From assembly GCA_963575745.1 (NCBI GenBank), contig CAUYUJ010000001.1:2046001-2110000 (forward strand): 64,000 bases of DNA. The letters run 5' to 3'. The notes under the pieces were generated by a model, which was not told the DNA's origin, searched no databases, and worked only from the letters and a program-made list of their open reading frames with translations. This stretch comes from Prorocentrum cordatum. Its lineage: Eukaryota. The position numbers and the translations under genes were made by a program. The number at the start of each line of letters is the position of its first letter. Position 1 is the stretch's first letter. Shown here piece after piece: positions 43,312 to 56,439 of the stretch.

Positions 43312-44127
43312 TTACTTCGCGCCCTTGCCCTTGCTCTTTTGCTTCGTCTTGTCGAGGATGCGCTGCGCCATGGTCTCCAAGTGCCCCTGAGGGGCGGTCC
43401 CGAGCTTGAGCTTCGCGTCCTCCAGCTGGGCTAGCTTGATGATCGACTGCTCCATCTCCAGCTTGCTCAGATGACGCTCGGACGGACCCCCTTGAGCGTC
43501 CGCCAGCTGCACCGTGATGTCCCCGCCGATCGCGAACTGCAGTCGTGTGTACTCCTCGTTGTAGCACTTCTTCAAACGGAAGTGCCTGATCACTAAGCCT
43601 AGCTCCGCGGCCGAGCTGATCGACACGAACTTCTCGTAAAAAAGGACCAGGGTTTGGTACGCCTGGGTCCCCAGCTTCTGCAGCTTCTCTGAATCGACCA
43701 TCGACTTGAACACGCCGCGCGCTATGTACAAATGTGGTGGCCCCAGGTGGGGCTTCGCTGCCGCGATGGCTGCCGCCTCCGCGTACATCTTGCCTGCTCC
43801 TCGCCCTGCGACCACCAGGAAGCTCAGCGACGGGACGACCAGGCACACCCACTCCGACGCCGCCAGGTCCCTCAGCAGCTGCGCGTGCATGCACGCCATC
43901 TTGAGCAAAATCGATATGGCCTGCTGCATGTCTCGAGCCCGAAGGGCCCCCTCGACCTGCTGAAGACCGTCTTCTGCATCGTTTGCTGCGTCCCCGAGGT
44001 TGGCCTTTTTTTTCCCCGAGGGTGCTCCTCCGAGGTCCTCGCCGTCGCCTCCCAACACCAGCCAGCGAGCCCACACTGTACATTCCCCTCCCCGCAGCAG
44101 GCAGCCTGAACCAACAGGGCCAGTCAC
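43312..44127 (-). CDS. Intronless ORF of unknown function (up to 271 aa; start codon uncertain)
   Basis: High-complexity, protein-like translation with GC-rich third positions (LLKMACMHAQLLRDL..AGKMY..HLGPPHLY..IRHFRLKKCY..GTAPQGHLETMAQRIL), unlike the neighbouring repeat-derived ORFs. Confidence 0.6.
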   Translation of the reverse strand: MTGPVGSGCLLRGGECTVWARWLVLGGDGEDLGGAPSGKKKANLGDAANDAEDGLQQVEGALRARDMQQAISILLKMACMHAQLLRDLAASEWVCLVVPSLSFLVVAGRGAGKMYAEAAAIAAAKPHLGPPHLYIARGVFKSMVDSEKLQKLGTQAYQTLVLFYEKFVSISSAAELGLVIRHFRLKKCYNEEYTRLQFAIGGDITVQLADAQGGPSERHLSKLEMEQSIIKLAQLEDAKLKLGTAPQGHLETMAQRILDKTKQKSKGKGAK

Positions 44128-45286
44128 GACTGGGAACCCTTTGTTTCTAGCGGCCCAAGGTCAAGCGGTACGCTTCTCGTGGGATGCTTCTTTGGGGGAG
44201 CAGGAGGAGGAGGAGGAGGAGGAGGAGGAGGAGGAGGAGGAGGAGGAGGAGGGGGTGGAACTCGCCTTCCCCGTCCACGAGTACGTCGAGACTGCGGGGT
44301 GGGTTGGCCCCCCCTCCCCTTCCCCCTCCTTCCTTCCGTCCCTCCCTCCCCTCGCCCCCCCCTTCCGTATGTATGCGAATGCGTTTGGATGTCGTGGTTG
44401 TTGCAACCTTTGGGTTCCGATGTCTGTGCCCAACAGGGCATGGGGGGAGGACGTGTTGACCGCTGAGGCCACCTCAAAAGACTATGGCAGCCCCGAGGAT
44501 TCATCGTGTTGCCCTGGTCATTGTGCCAGGGGCCCTGCTGGACGTGCACCCAGGAAAGTTGCTGGCGCCTTTCCCCGCGAACATGGCAGTGTAGGCCGCA
44601 GGGGAAGAGGGGGAGGGGGGACGGGAGGAGGAGGAGGAGAGGGAGGAGGAGGAGGAGGAGGAGGAGGAGGAGGAGGAGGAGGAGGAGGAGGAGAGAAAGG
44701 ATGACGAGAGGGGGAGGAGAAGGAGGGAGGAGGGAGGAGGAGGAGGAGGAGAGGGAGAAGAGGAGGAGGGAGGAGGAAACGGAGGGGAGGAGGAGGAGGA
44801 GGAGGAGGAAGAGGAGGAGGGGGAGGGGAGGAGGAGGAGAGGAGGAGGAGGAGGAGGAGGAGGAGGAGGAGGAGGGGGAGGGGTATGAGGAGGAGGAGGA
44901 GGAGGAGGAGGAGGAGGAGGAGGAGGAGGAGGAGGAGGAGGGGGAGGGCAAGGATGAGGAGCACGGGGTTAGCGGCGCAGACAGGCTCCCGCTCCAGGTT
45001 GCTGGTTCATCAGGGCATCAGAGGGAGAGGGGGAGCTGTGATTCGATCGGGATCCCTTTTCCAGACGCGAGGCTGAGTCTCCACGCGCGCCCCTGGCACC
45101 ACCTCAGGGAGGAGGACGAGGACGAGGATGACGGCTTGGAGTGTGTGGGGCATGTTGCCTTCTGGATGGGCGGCTTATCCCGTCCTGGCCTTCTCCTCTC
45201 CTGCGCCCCTGGACGTCAGTGACCGCGTGCAGCTCCTTCGGAGGCAACGGCGTTGGCCTTGTTTTGACTTGTTTGAGCTTCACAAG

Positions 45287-45428
45287 GCAGACGCCATGGA
45301 CAAAGATCGCCTCGTCGCTGGGCGACGAGAAAATACGCGCTGCAGAGGAGAGCCGCACGAGGGCCCAGCGGGCACTGGGTCCCCTGGCCACTTCAACATA
45401 CTTCTACCTGTACGACACCCTTCGGGCG
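45287..45428 (+). CDS. Probable internal exon of a host gene
   Basis: Acceptor CACAAG after a T-rich stretch, donor GTAAG at 45429, and open translation QTPWTKIASSLGDEKIRAAEESRTRAQRALGPLATSTYFYLYDTLRA. Confidence 0.4.
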
Positions 45429-45469
45429 GTAAGGAGGTTGTGGGAGGGGGGAGAGGGGGGGAACCAACA

Positions 45470-46335
45470 TCTGACCCAATCGATCTCACGATCTCATTCA
45501 ACGGGACACCACGGGACACCGCGGGACACCTCTCGATCTCACGATCGGTCTCACTATCGATCTCACTATCGATCTCACCCAACGTGGCACCACGGGACAC
45601 CACGGGACACCTCGGGACACCACATCGATCTCATTATCGATCCCATTATCGATCTCACTCAACGGGACATCACGGGACACCTGTCGATCTCATTATCGAT
45701 CGGAGGTTGATAGACCTCCTACCCTGACACGTCGATTAGCGAATTGGCCGTTTGCGGTACGCGAGAGGGCGTCGCGGCCGTCATTTTTGCGGGTCCGGGT
45801 CCGTCGGTTTCAGTCCTAGGCCGTTTTCACGAAAGGGCGGTTTACGTACGAAAGGGAGGTTTGTCCACCGCTGAATCGATCTCATGTTTTGGAGCACCAC
45901 GGAACACTTCGGGGCACCACGTCGATCTCAGCATCGATATCACTATCGATCTCATTTTTTGACACCACGGGACAGCTCGGGGCACCACATCGATCTCAGT
46001 ATCGATCTCACTATCGATTTCACGATCGATCTCACTCAACGGGGCACCACGGGACACCACGGGACACCGCGGGACACTGCGAGCCACCGCCGGACGGACG
46101 GACGGACGGGCGGGGGAGAATCATTTGTTTTGGCTTCGCCCTAGCAACGGCGAACACCACGGGACACCACGGGACACCGCGAGCCGCCGCCAGACGGTCG
46201 GGCGGGGGAGAATCATTTGTCTTGACTTCGGCTTAGCAACGGCGGACACCACGGGACACCGCGGGACACCGCTCAAGCCACCGCCGGACGGACGGACGGA
46301 GGAGAAACAGTTGGCTTGACTTCGCCCCAGCAACG
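45470..46335. repeat. Composite repeat of ATCGATCTCACT and CACGGGACAC units
   Basis: Alternating blocks of the two short units. A related ATCGAT-type array lies in the opposite orientation at ~61495-61645. Confidence 0.8.
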
Positions 46336-46769
46336 GCGGGTTCATTCATCTCGCGCGCCCACGCAGCTTCGCCTCGACCGCACGCACGACACGAAAGGAA
46401 ACGATTTCCTGGTTGGGGGTCTCCGTTCACTTGTGATCTCAGCCCCCAACCTCCGATCGATTAGGTTTCTTGCATGATGGTGGTAAGACTATTGAGGGCG
46501 GTCCCCGTTGATGGGAGTGAAGATGGATCCGTCAATGAATGGGACCGGCGCCACCCAATCATACTAATACTATGTGTTCTTCGCCCCCGAAGGGGCGTCG
46601 CGCGCGACCTTATAGTATATGCTCCGTGGCGGGCGCTTTCTGGCCGTACCGCTCGGGAACCGACGCACTGCAAGATGGATGTCAGAGTGAGGGGGCCGAA
46701 CGGTCATTCATTGTCCCTGGGTGCGTGGCTCTAGTGGGGATCCGTGGTGAGGATGCTGCTGGTTACTAT

Positions 46770-46947
46770 GTTGTTGCTGTTGAATGTTACTTACTAAACA
46801 ATTATTTTTGTTGGACCCCCCAGGCGCTTTGGCGCTCTCGCCTCGGCGCCGGCTACACTTTCATTGAAAATGAGGCTCACGCTCGAGCTGTTCTGGGGGC
46901 GCCAAAGACGCCCCCCCCAAAACAACAACAACAACAGCAACAACAAC

Positions 46948-46979
<32 letters not shown>

Positions 46980-47755
46980 TTACTAGCACGTGGGGACACT
47001 CCGTTCTCACCAGTGCCAGGGTTTTCATAGGAGGCGGGCAATACCCCCACTTTGTGGGGGGGCCGGTTCAAGCTCTACCAAATTTCCAAACGACTCTTCG
47101 CCACCACCCACACCCAGCTTCCCGCCCTATGACGTTCGGACACTTCACTTCGTGGCATGCGGACGACCGTGGCTACTATTCAGGGCCCCGCGGCCGACGA
47201 CGACGGCGTGCGCGCGCGAAGAAAAAACGAATGTGTCCCGCATGGTATTATTTGACAGGGATGATGGCCCTGGCAGGTGCGCAACCGTTGTCGCAGAAGT
47301 TCGAAAAAGTTGCTCGCAAAAGCCCGTTTGACAGAAATGTTTAAAAAGTGTTGGGTTTCCTACGAATCCGCAAGAGCGCGCGGGATGAAATGTTGACATT
47401 GTTTTTTTTTTGAAAAACAATTATTTTTTTTATGTTTTTATGTTAAAATCGCTACGAACACTAAGGTTTTGGAAGGATTTCGTTTTGCGCGCGCGAGTGT
47501 CCACTTTACCTTATTTTTGCAAGGGATTCTTGAAGTTTGGATTATGTTAGAACAAGAAATGTCCACTTTAGCTTATTTTTTGCAAGGGAAAACCGATCGT
47601 AACAACACAACCGGATCTGGATCACATCGTTTTGCCTGAGACTTCCTCACGAAAATGATGAAAATGTGGCTGCGGCCTAGGCGCGGCGGGGGGGCCGTGC
47701 ACCAGGGGCCCCAACAATAATTATTCTTTAGAAGTAATAATCTTCAACAACAACA
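46770..47755. mobile_element. Non-autonomous element with imperfect AT-rich inverted termini abutting (GTT)n/(AAC)n
   Basis: The left end GTTGAATGTTACTTACTAAACAATTATTTTTGTTGG resembles the reverse complement of the right end CCAACAATAATTATTCTTTAGAAGTAATAATCTTCAAC. The left ~150 bp is repeated at ~49079-49230. Confidence 0.5.
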
Positions 47756-47884
47756 ACAACAACAACAACACCAACAACAACAACAACAACCATAACAACC
47801 ATAACAACAACAACAACAACAACAACATGAACAACAACAACAACAACAACACCAACAACAACATGAACAACAACAACAATAACA

Positions 47885-50420
47885 ACAAGAACAACGCTCC
47901 CGCTCGAGACGTCCTCCTTTTTTACTCAAGGCAGGTGCTCCTGCTCGCCGCTGAAAGCCGCCGTCCAAACATAACTAGCGCTACAACTTGAGACTTCCAC
48001 CAGTTTTACCTTGGACTGGCGCGCTACTCTTTCTCTCATCGGCGCCGCCCCCAGCAACAACGACGCTCCCGCTCGAGGTTTCCTTCCTTTTTTACTCAAG
48101 GCGATGCTCTTCCTCGCCGCCGAAAACCGCCGCCCCGACAAAATCAGCGCTCCCGCCCGAGACGTCCTTCCGTTTTACGCTGGACTGGCGCCCAACTCTC
48201 TTCTGAATTGGCCCCGCTCCCAGCAAAAACAACGCTCCCGTTCGAGGCCGCCTCCCTTTTCCCTCAGGACGGTGCTGTTCCTCGCTGCCGATCGCCCCCG
48301 TCCCGACAAAACCATGGCTCCCGCTCGAGAACTCCTCCCTTCTTACTCAAGGCGGTGTTCCTCCTCGCCGCCGACAGCCGCCGTCCCAACAAAACCAGCG
48401 TTCCCGCTCGAGGTTTCGTTTTGTTTTACGCTTGACTAGCGCCCTACCCTCCTTAGAATTGGCGCCGCTCCCAGCGACAACAGCGGATCTGCTCGAGACT
48501 TCCTCCCTTTCTATTCAGGGCCAGGTCTTTGCCTCGCCGCCGACAGCCCCCATCCCCACCAAGGCAATCCTGTCGCTCGATACTTCCTTGTTCTTTACCC
48601 TTGGCTGGGGCTCCACTGGCGGTCTCGCATCGGCGCAGCAAGGCGTGGGCATGCGTTTTCGAGGCTGGATCCGTTGAAATTCCTCGGAGGAGGTGTTTGC
48701 AAGACCTCATTGGGCGGGAGGTCTGGGAATGGGAATAATGGACCCCGCTATAGAACAATAGTCCCCCATGATGGGGATGGTTATCATGATGGTCGCATGC
48801 TTCGTGTGGAAGCATCGCGCATGAGGGTAAGTCGATTGTTTTTGTTGTTGCTAATGGTGTTGTTGGTGGTGTTGTTGGTGTTGTTGTTGGTGTTGTTGTG
48901 GTTGTGGTTGTGGTTGTTGTTGTTGTTGTTGTTGGTGTTGGTGTTGGTGTTGGTGTTGGTGTTGTTGTTGTTGTTGTGGTTGTTGTTGTTTTTGTTGTTG
49001 TTGTTGTTGCTGCTGCTGTTGTTGTTGGTGGTGGTGTAGGTAGGTGTTGTCGTTGTTGTTGCTGGTGGTGGTGTTGTTGTTGAATGTTAATTACTAAACA
49101 GTTGTTAGTGTTGGACACCTTAAAGGCGCGTTGGCGCTCTCGCCGAGGCGCCGGCTACAATTTCATTGAAAATGAGGCTCACGCTCGAGCGGTTTGGGGG
49201 ACCACTCAAACCGGCCCCCCAACAACAACAACGCTCCCGCTCGAGGCTTCCTCTTTGTTTACTCAGGGCTGGTGTTCTTGCACGCCGCCGAAAGCCGCCG
49301 TCCTAACAAAACCAGCGCTCCCGCTCGAGACTTCCTCCCGCTTTACCTTGGAGTGGCGCGCTAGTCGTTCTCTCATCGGCGCCGATCCCAGCAAGAACAA
49401 CGCTCCCGCTCGAGGCTTCCTCCCTTTTTTACTCAATGCGGTGCTCCTCCTCGCCGCCGAAAACCGCCGCCCCGACAAAATCAGCGCTCCCGCCCGAGAC
49501 GTCCTTCCGTTTTACGCTGGGCTGGCGCCCAACGTTCTTTTGAATTGGCGCCGCCCCCAGCAAGAACAACGCTCCCGCTCGAGATTTCCTTTCGTTTTCT
49601 TCGGGACGGTGCTGGTCCTCGCCGCCGACAACCCCCGCCCCGACAAAACCACGGCTCCCGCTCGATGCTTCCTCCCTTCTTACTAAAGGCGGTGTTCCTC
49701 CTCGCCGCCGAAAACCGCCGCCCCGACAAAATCAGCGCTCCCGCCCGAGACGTCCTTCCGTTTTACGCTGGGCTGGCGCCCAACTCTTTTTTGATTTGGC
49801 GCCGCTCCCAGCAAGAACAACGCTCCCGCTCGAGATTTCCTTTCTTTTCCCTCGGGACGGTGCTGCCCCTCGCCGCCGACAACCCCCGTCCCGACAAAAC
49901 CGCGGCTCCCGCTCGATGCGTCCTCCTTTCTTACTCAAGGCGGTGTTCCTCCTCGCCCCCGAAAGCCACCGTCCCAACAAAACCAGCGTTCCCGCTCGAG
50001 ACTTCGTTTTGTTTTACGCTTGACTAGCGCCCTACTCTCTTCAGCATTGGCGCCGCTCCCAACAACAACATCAGCAGCCCTGCTCGAGACTTCCTCTCTT
50101 TCTATTCAGGGCCAGGTCCTTGCCTCACCGCCGACAGCCCCCATCCCCACCAAGGCAATCCTGTCGTTCGATACTTCCTTGTGCTTTACCCTTGGCTGGT
50201 GCTCCACTGGCGGTCTCGCATCGGCGCAGCAAGGCGCGGGCATGTGTTTTCGAGACGGGATCTGTTGAAATTCCTCGGAGGAGGTGTTTGCAAGACCTCA
50301 TTGGGCAGGATATCTGGGAATGGGAAGAACGGACCCCGCTATAGAACAATAGTCCCCCATGATGGGGATGGTTATCATGAGGGTCGCATGCTTCGTGTGG
50401 AAACATCGCGCCCGAGGGTA
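47885..50420. repeat. Duplicated ~0.95-1.2 kb block (47885-48830; 49225-50420) built from ~84-bp GCTCCCGCTCGAG units, bounded by (AAC)n/(GTT)n
   Basis: Unit starts at ~48063, 48147, 48231, 48315 and 48398. Both blocks end in near-identical GGACCCCGCTATAGAACAATAGTCCCCCATGATGGGGATGGTTATCATGA. Confidence 0.88.
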
Positions 50421-50439
50421 ACATGATTGGTGCTGCTGT

Positions 50440-53010
50440 TGTTGTAGTAGTAGTTGTTCTTGAACTTTCACTTCTGCAGAATATAAGTATTGTTGATCCC
50501 CCCCGTCCGGTGCACATTGTTTTTTCGATTGAAGTGCCCTTCCCGGGGCTCGCACCCTGTTTTTTATCAGGGAAAGTCTTGAGCGTCAAACTGTGTCGAT
50601 GGCCCCCGGTTTACAACAACAGCGGCTCCCGCCTGAGACTTCCTCACAATTTAGCCAGGCCCCCGCTCCCGCCCGAGACTTCCTCGCGTTTGATTCAGGA
50701 ATCGCGCTCTCGCTTGGGACTTCCTGAGAAATGTATTATCCCGACGCTCTGGGGCCGCGCTCTCGCTGGAGACTTACTTGCAATCTACTGAAGAATAGCG
50801 CCCTTGCGTTCGAATTTCGTGGAATTTTCTCAAGCGCCGCGCTCCCAACACCCAGGCACCCAGGAGTCGCGCTCACGCTTAGGACTCCCTCACAGATTAC
50901 ATAGGAATCGGGATCTCGCTGCCCTTCGCGGCCCCGTTGCAGCCCTTCGTGGCCCCCTCGCTTTGTCTCGTGGGCCCCGTTGCAGCCCTTCGTGGCCCCC
51001 TCGCTGCCCTTTGTGGCCCCGTTGCAGCCCCTCGTGGCCTCCTCGCTACCCTTCGTGGCCCCGTTGCAGCCCTTCGTGGCCCCCTCGCTTTGTCTCGTGG
51101 GCCCCGTTGCAGCCCTTCGTGGCCCCCTCGCTGCTCTTTGTGGCCCCGTTGCAGCCCCCCGTGGCCTCCTCGCTACCCTTCGTGGCCCCGTTGCACCCCT
51201 TCGTGGCCCCCTCGCTTTGTCTCGTGGGCCCCGTTGCAGCCCTTCGTGGCCCCCTCGCTGCCCTTTGTGGCCCCGTTGCAGCCCCTCGTGGCCTCCTCGC
51301 TGCCCTTCGTTGCCCCGTTGCGGTCCTTCGTGGCCCCCTCGCTTTGTTTCGTGGCCCCGTTGCAGCCCTTCGTGGCCCCCTCGCTGCCTTTCGTGGCCCC
51401 TTCGTGGCTCCGTTGCAGCCCTTCGTGGCCCCCTCGCTGCCCTTCGTGGCCCCGTTGCATCCCTTCGTGGCCCCCTCGCTGCCCTGCGTGGCCCCATCTA
51501 TGTGTGCCCTTCGTGGCGCCCGTGGTGGCCCCATATGCATCTGTCCTACGTGGCCCAGTTGCTACCTTCAGTGGCCCCATCGTTGCCTTCTGTGGCCCCG
51601 CATTATCTGCCCTTCTTGGCCCCCGCTCCTTCGCGCTCTTCGTGGCCCCATACGCATTCCCTTTCGTGTCCCCGCTGTTGCCCTTCGTGGCCTACTTCGT
51701 GTCCTTATGGCCCTGCTGTTGTTCTCTTCCGCTCTCGCTTTCGCTCGTTGTCGCCGTCGCCGTCTTCGTCGTCGTCGCCGTCGTCGTCGACGTCGTCGTC
51801 GTCGCGGTGGGTCCCCTGTTTGTCCCTCTTGGGGTCGGGTCGACGGTCCGCGGCCGCCCCGCCGATCAGCGCTGCCGCTGGCCAGGCCGACGGTCCGCGG
51901 CCGCCCCGCCGCTTGCCGTGGCCCGGCCTGCAGGGAAGAAAGGTATACCCCCCCGAAAGGGGTTCGATCGAAGACGAAGAGGGTGGGTATCGAGGGTTTG
52001 GGAAATACGCGTTATTGGACACTCGATCATATAAGGGCGAGCAGTTTTTAAATTATTGAATTCTCACTCCTGAAGAATAATTATTATTGATCCCCCCCAA
52101 CGGTGCATATTGTTTTCAATCAAGTGTGCCCCTCGACGCTCGCACCTTGTTTTTTGACAGGGAATATCTTGATGCTCAAACTGGGCCCTTGGCCCCCGGG
52201 TTACAACAACAACGGCTCCCGCTTGAGACTTCTTACAATTTAGCCAGGACCCCCGCTCCCGCCCGAGACTTCCTCGCATGTTATTCAGGAATCGCGCTCT
52301 CGCTTGGGATTTCCTTACAATTTATTCAGGAATCGCTCTCCCGGCGCTCTGGAGTCGCGCTCCCGTTGGAGACTTGATTGCAACTTCCTGAAGAATGGCC
52401 TTGCGTTGGAATTTCTTACAATTTGCCCAAGCGCCGCGCTCCCGACACCCAGGCACCCAGCAGTCGCGCCCGTTGTGGCCCCATGTGCATGCCCTTCGTG
52501 CTCACTGTCCTACGTGGCCCAGTTGCTACCCCAGTGGCCCCATAGTTGCCTTCTGTGGCCCCGCATTATCTGCACTTCGTGGCCCCCGCTCGTTCGCGCT
52601 CTTCGTGGCCCCATTCCCTTCGTGTCCGCGCTGTTGCCCTTCGTGGCCTACTTCGTGCCCTTCGTGGCCCTGCTGTCGTTCTCTCTCGCTCATCGCTCTC
52701 GCTTTCGCTCGTCGTCGCCGTCGTCGTCGCCGTCGTCTTCGACGTCGTCGTCGTCGTCGTCGTCGTCGTGGTCGGTCCCCTGTCCGTCCCTTTTGGGGTC
52801 GGGTCGACGGTCCGCGGCCGCCCCGCCGATCAGCGCTGCCGCTGGCCAGGCCGACGGTCCGCGGCCGCCCCGCCGCTTGCCGTGGCCCGGCCTGCAGGGA
52901 AGAAAGGTCTACCCCACAAAAGGGGTTCGATCGAAGACGACGAGGGTGGGTATCGAAGGTTTGGAAAATACGCGTTATTGGACACTCGAGCATATAAGGG
53001 CGAACAGTCT
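50440..53010. repeat. Tandemly duplicated element (50440-52050; 52050-53010) with a 42-43-bp CTTCGTGGCCCC minisatellite expanded in copy 1
   Basis: CCCCGTTGCAGCCC recurs every 42-43 nt over 50930-51480. Both copies end in GAAGGGGTTCGATCGAAGACGA..AATACGCGTTATTGGACACTCGA.CATATAAGGGCGA-like sequence. Confidence 0.88.
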
Positions 53011-53018
53011 TAAACTTA

Positions 53019-53061
53019 TTGTTGTTGTTGTTGGTGGTGGTGGTGTTGTTGTTGTTGATGC

Positions 53062-53092
<31 letters not shown>

Positions 53093-53157
53093 GTTGTTGG
53101 TGTTGTTGTTGTTGGTGGTGGTGTTGTTGTTGGTGTTGGTGTTGGTGTTGGTGTTGG

Positions 53158-53231
<74 letters not shown>

Positions 53232-53580
53232 GTCGTCGTCCCCCCTGCGACCCACCCCGCGACCAATCCGCGACCTTCCCCGCGGCCCACACCGCGACCC
53301 GCCCCGCGACCCACCCCGCGACCCACCCCGCGACCCACCAGCGACCCACCCCGCGACCCACCCCGTGACCCGCCCCGCGACCCACCCGCGACCCACCCCG
53401 CGACCCGCCCCGCGACCCATCCCGCGACCCACCCCGCGACCCGCGACCACCCCGTGACCCGCCCCGCGACCACCGCGAACCACCCCGCGACCCACCCCGC
53501 GACCCACCCCGCGACCCACCCCGCGCCCCACCCGCGACCCACCCGCGACCCACCCGCGACACACCCTGCGATCCACCCAC
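53019..53580. repeat. (GTT/GGT)n microsatellite followed by a 12-bp GCGACCCACCCC minisatellite
   Basis: Direct reading of the sequence. Confidence 0.92.
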
Positions 53581-55719
53581 ATTGCTTTAACGAAAAAATC
53601 GGCGCCTGCGGCGGGCTGAAGGCATAACTTGTACAAGTTAGGCGCCTGGGCTTCTTCAGAGCCTCGCGCACTGACGACGTCTTCGCCGCCCCCTCACTCT
53701 TATCCGCAACTGCGGGGTGCTACGTATATGTCTTCGGGCCGGGCACGCCTCATAGGAGGACGCACAGAAAGAGGATGTCCTTCTGCGTCCCATGTGAAGG
53801 AATCGGATGCACCACGGCGTGCGAGGGACAACGGGCACGGCGCAGCTCCAGCAGGGAGGGGGCCTAAGCGTGAGGAGACGGGCCGGTTTGGCAGGGATGT
53901 CGCGTCGGCTTCGCCGCCGCCGCCGACGCCACCGACGACGACGACGCTGACGTCGACGCCCACGCCGACTCCGTTTGCAAGCGCTTTTCTGTTGGCGTCT
54001 TCCCCAATACATTCGCGGCAAGGCATTTGCAGCGCAAGGATGCAGCATCTTCGTTGGGCACCCCATTCATACACGCCGCCCATCTCTTCTCTTTCCTCTC
54101 TCCTTCTCCCTTCTCCGCCTCCCTCACCTCCACCAGCCCCTCATATCCCCTCTTCCACTCATCCCCCCGAGCGAACATTTGCGTCCTTGCCTTGCCCCGA
54201 TGCCTGCGCAGCCTGTACTCCCTCTTCACCCTTGCCCGGACCCTTCGACCCCCCGAGCTTACCTGCGAGTTTCGGACAACCCTTCCTAGTGGTACCTCCT
54301 CCGCCCACCCAGAGGTCGTCCCAGGGCCCTGGAAGTATACCTCGGCCCGTGTCCCTATGCCGTCGGCCCGGATTAGTAGGTCGACCCTGCCAGCTCAAGG
54401 GTCCCCTTGTGTCCTGTGCCTCGCGACACGTGCCTTCTTACACTCCTATGGCGATGTGGCCCTCGGAAGGGTCTTGTGTCCTCTCGCGTGGCCTGTCCAA
54501 TCGAGTCCGACTGCATGCCGTCGCCTCCGTTCGACCACGGCTTGCCGCGCAGGCCATGCGTTCGCGATGCCAGGGCCTCGCCGCGCCGTTTTCTCGCGCA
54601 GGGCACGGCACGGGCGGACGCTGCGACCCTGCGGAGGAGGAGGAGGAGGAGAAGGAGGAGGAGGAGGAGGAGGAGGAGGAGGAGGAGGTAGGGGGCGAGA
54701 GCGCGCGCCGAAGGGCAGGGCGGAGGCGTGGGGGCCCCTCTGCAGCCGCAGGGCCTCCGCGCCTCCGGCGCGAAGGGGCGGCCGCCGCACGGAGGGGCTC
54801 TCGGAGGGAGGGGCCTGCGCTCGACAAGGGCTCCCCCGAGGGCGCGAAGTTATTCGCGCTTCGCGCTTCGCGGTCCTCGTTCCTTCTCCCCCTCCTCCTC
54901 GTCCTCCTCTTCTCCCTTTGGGAGGGCGGCGCGAGAGCGCGAAGTGATTCGCGCTTCGCGCTTCGCGCAGCGCGAAGCGCGAAGTTGGGAGCCCTAGGCT
55001 CGAGGGGGGGCGGCCGGCGTGCTGCGCCCTGGGCTCGCAGCTCCTGCCCGCCGCCGGCTCAGACCCCACGGCCACATAGAGCCGCCCGCCGCACTGCAGG
55101 AGGCGGCACACGCCCGCGGCGTCGGGCCCCTCCCGGAGTGCGGCGGCCGAGGGAGGAGGGAGGAGGGAGGAGGGAGGAGGGGGGGTCGGTGGAGCCCGAT
55201 CCCCCCTTCTCTGCCTCGCCTGGCCCCCCTGCCTGCCCCGTTCGGCCCGTCGCCTGCTCGCCCTCCCTCCCCTCGCTCCGCCCGGGCCCGTCTTCCTTCC
55301 CCTGCCCAGCTTCCCAGCGCTCTCCCTCCCTCCCGACGCCCTCCTCCAAAAGGAGGCGGAGGACGAGAGAGGGGAGGAGGGGGTTGAGGGCCCAGTGGGA
55401 GGCGGAGGAGGGGAGAGGGGAGGGAGGGGGTGGCGAGTCTGTCGAAGCCTCGTAAAAATCCGCGCGACCCTGTATGAGAGGGCGGAAGCACCATAGATAC
55501 CTCTGGTAGTCCAAATAGAGCACCTCGACCGGCCAAGGCCGTCCAGCGCTGGTGGCCGCCGCCGGGCAAGTCGGGCCAGCTGCAGGGGCCCCCGGGCCCG
55601 GTGCCGCCGTGTGCGAGGGAGTCGCCGTCCGCTCTCCGCGCCGCGCCAGGTCGCCTGGCCGCGGCGCGCGGCAGCCAGCCGCCGGCCGCCGCCCGAGCCG
55701 CCGCTCGCCCCTCCAGCGT

Positions 55720-55980
55720 CTCCAGGCACTCCTGGCCTACAGGCACTCCCTCGCTCCCTGCCTACAGGCACGCCTAGAGGCATCTGAATGCCCACACTGC
55801 CTCTAAGCACTCCCTCCCTCCTCGCCTGCAGGCTCGCCTGAAGGCACTCCCAGCCTAGAGGCGCTCCCTCAATCCTTGCCTACAGGCACGCCTGAAGGCC
55901 CACCCTGCCCAGGGGCATTCCTTCCCTCCTCGCCTACAGGAGCGCCTGAAAGCACTCCCTGCCTACAGGCGCTCCATCCC
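55720..55980. repeat. GCCTACAGGCACTCCC-type minisatellite; second array at ~57088-57320
   Basis: Recurrent GCCTACAGG, GCCTGAAGG and GCCTAGAGG units. Confidence 0.75.
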
Positions 55981-56439
55981 TCCAGCCTCGCTTCACGGGG
56001 CTCTGCTCAGGAGAAGCTGTAACCTCGCCGTCTCGCCAAGTTGTCGCCCCGCCGCGAGGTCCGACGTGGCCGCCTGGACCTGGGCCGCTGTGGGTCTCGG
56101 GAGCCCTGCGGATGGATCAGGCCCGCCGCCCTTGCCTCGGCCGAAAGCCGACCCCTTGGTCTGGGTCTGGACGGGACGCAACCGCGACGGCTCGCAGGCC
56201 GGGCCGCGGGGGCGTGCTCCAGCGAACTAGGGTGCTGGCGGCGACGAGGCAGCGCAGCCGCCCCTGGCTACGCCCTTCAGCCCAGGGACATGCCAGAGGC
56301 TCGCCAACATGGCTCGGCTAGAACACCAGCGCGGGCGCCGCGACCATGACCATGGCCCTCGGAGGCGGCGACAGCAGAGCAGCAGGGCGGACCGCTCGCT
56401 GGCCCACCGTTAGGGCCGCCCTCACCGCGGAAGAGCCAG

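Noticed and set aside
50736..55810. ORFs of 250-608 aa
   Set aside because: They derive from stop-free minisatellites, (GTT)n and GC-rich sequence, and their translations are repetitive.
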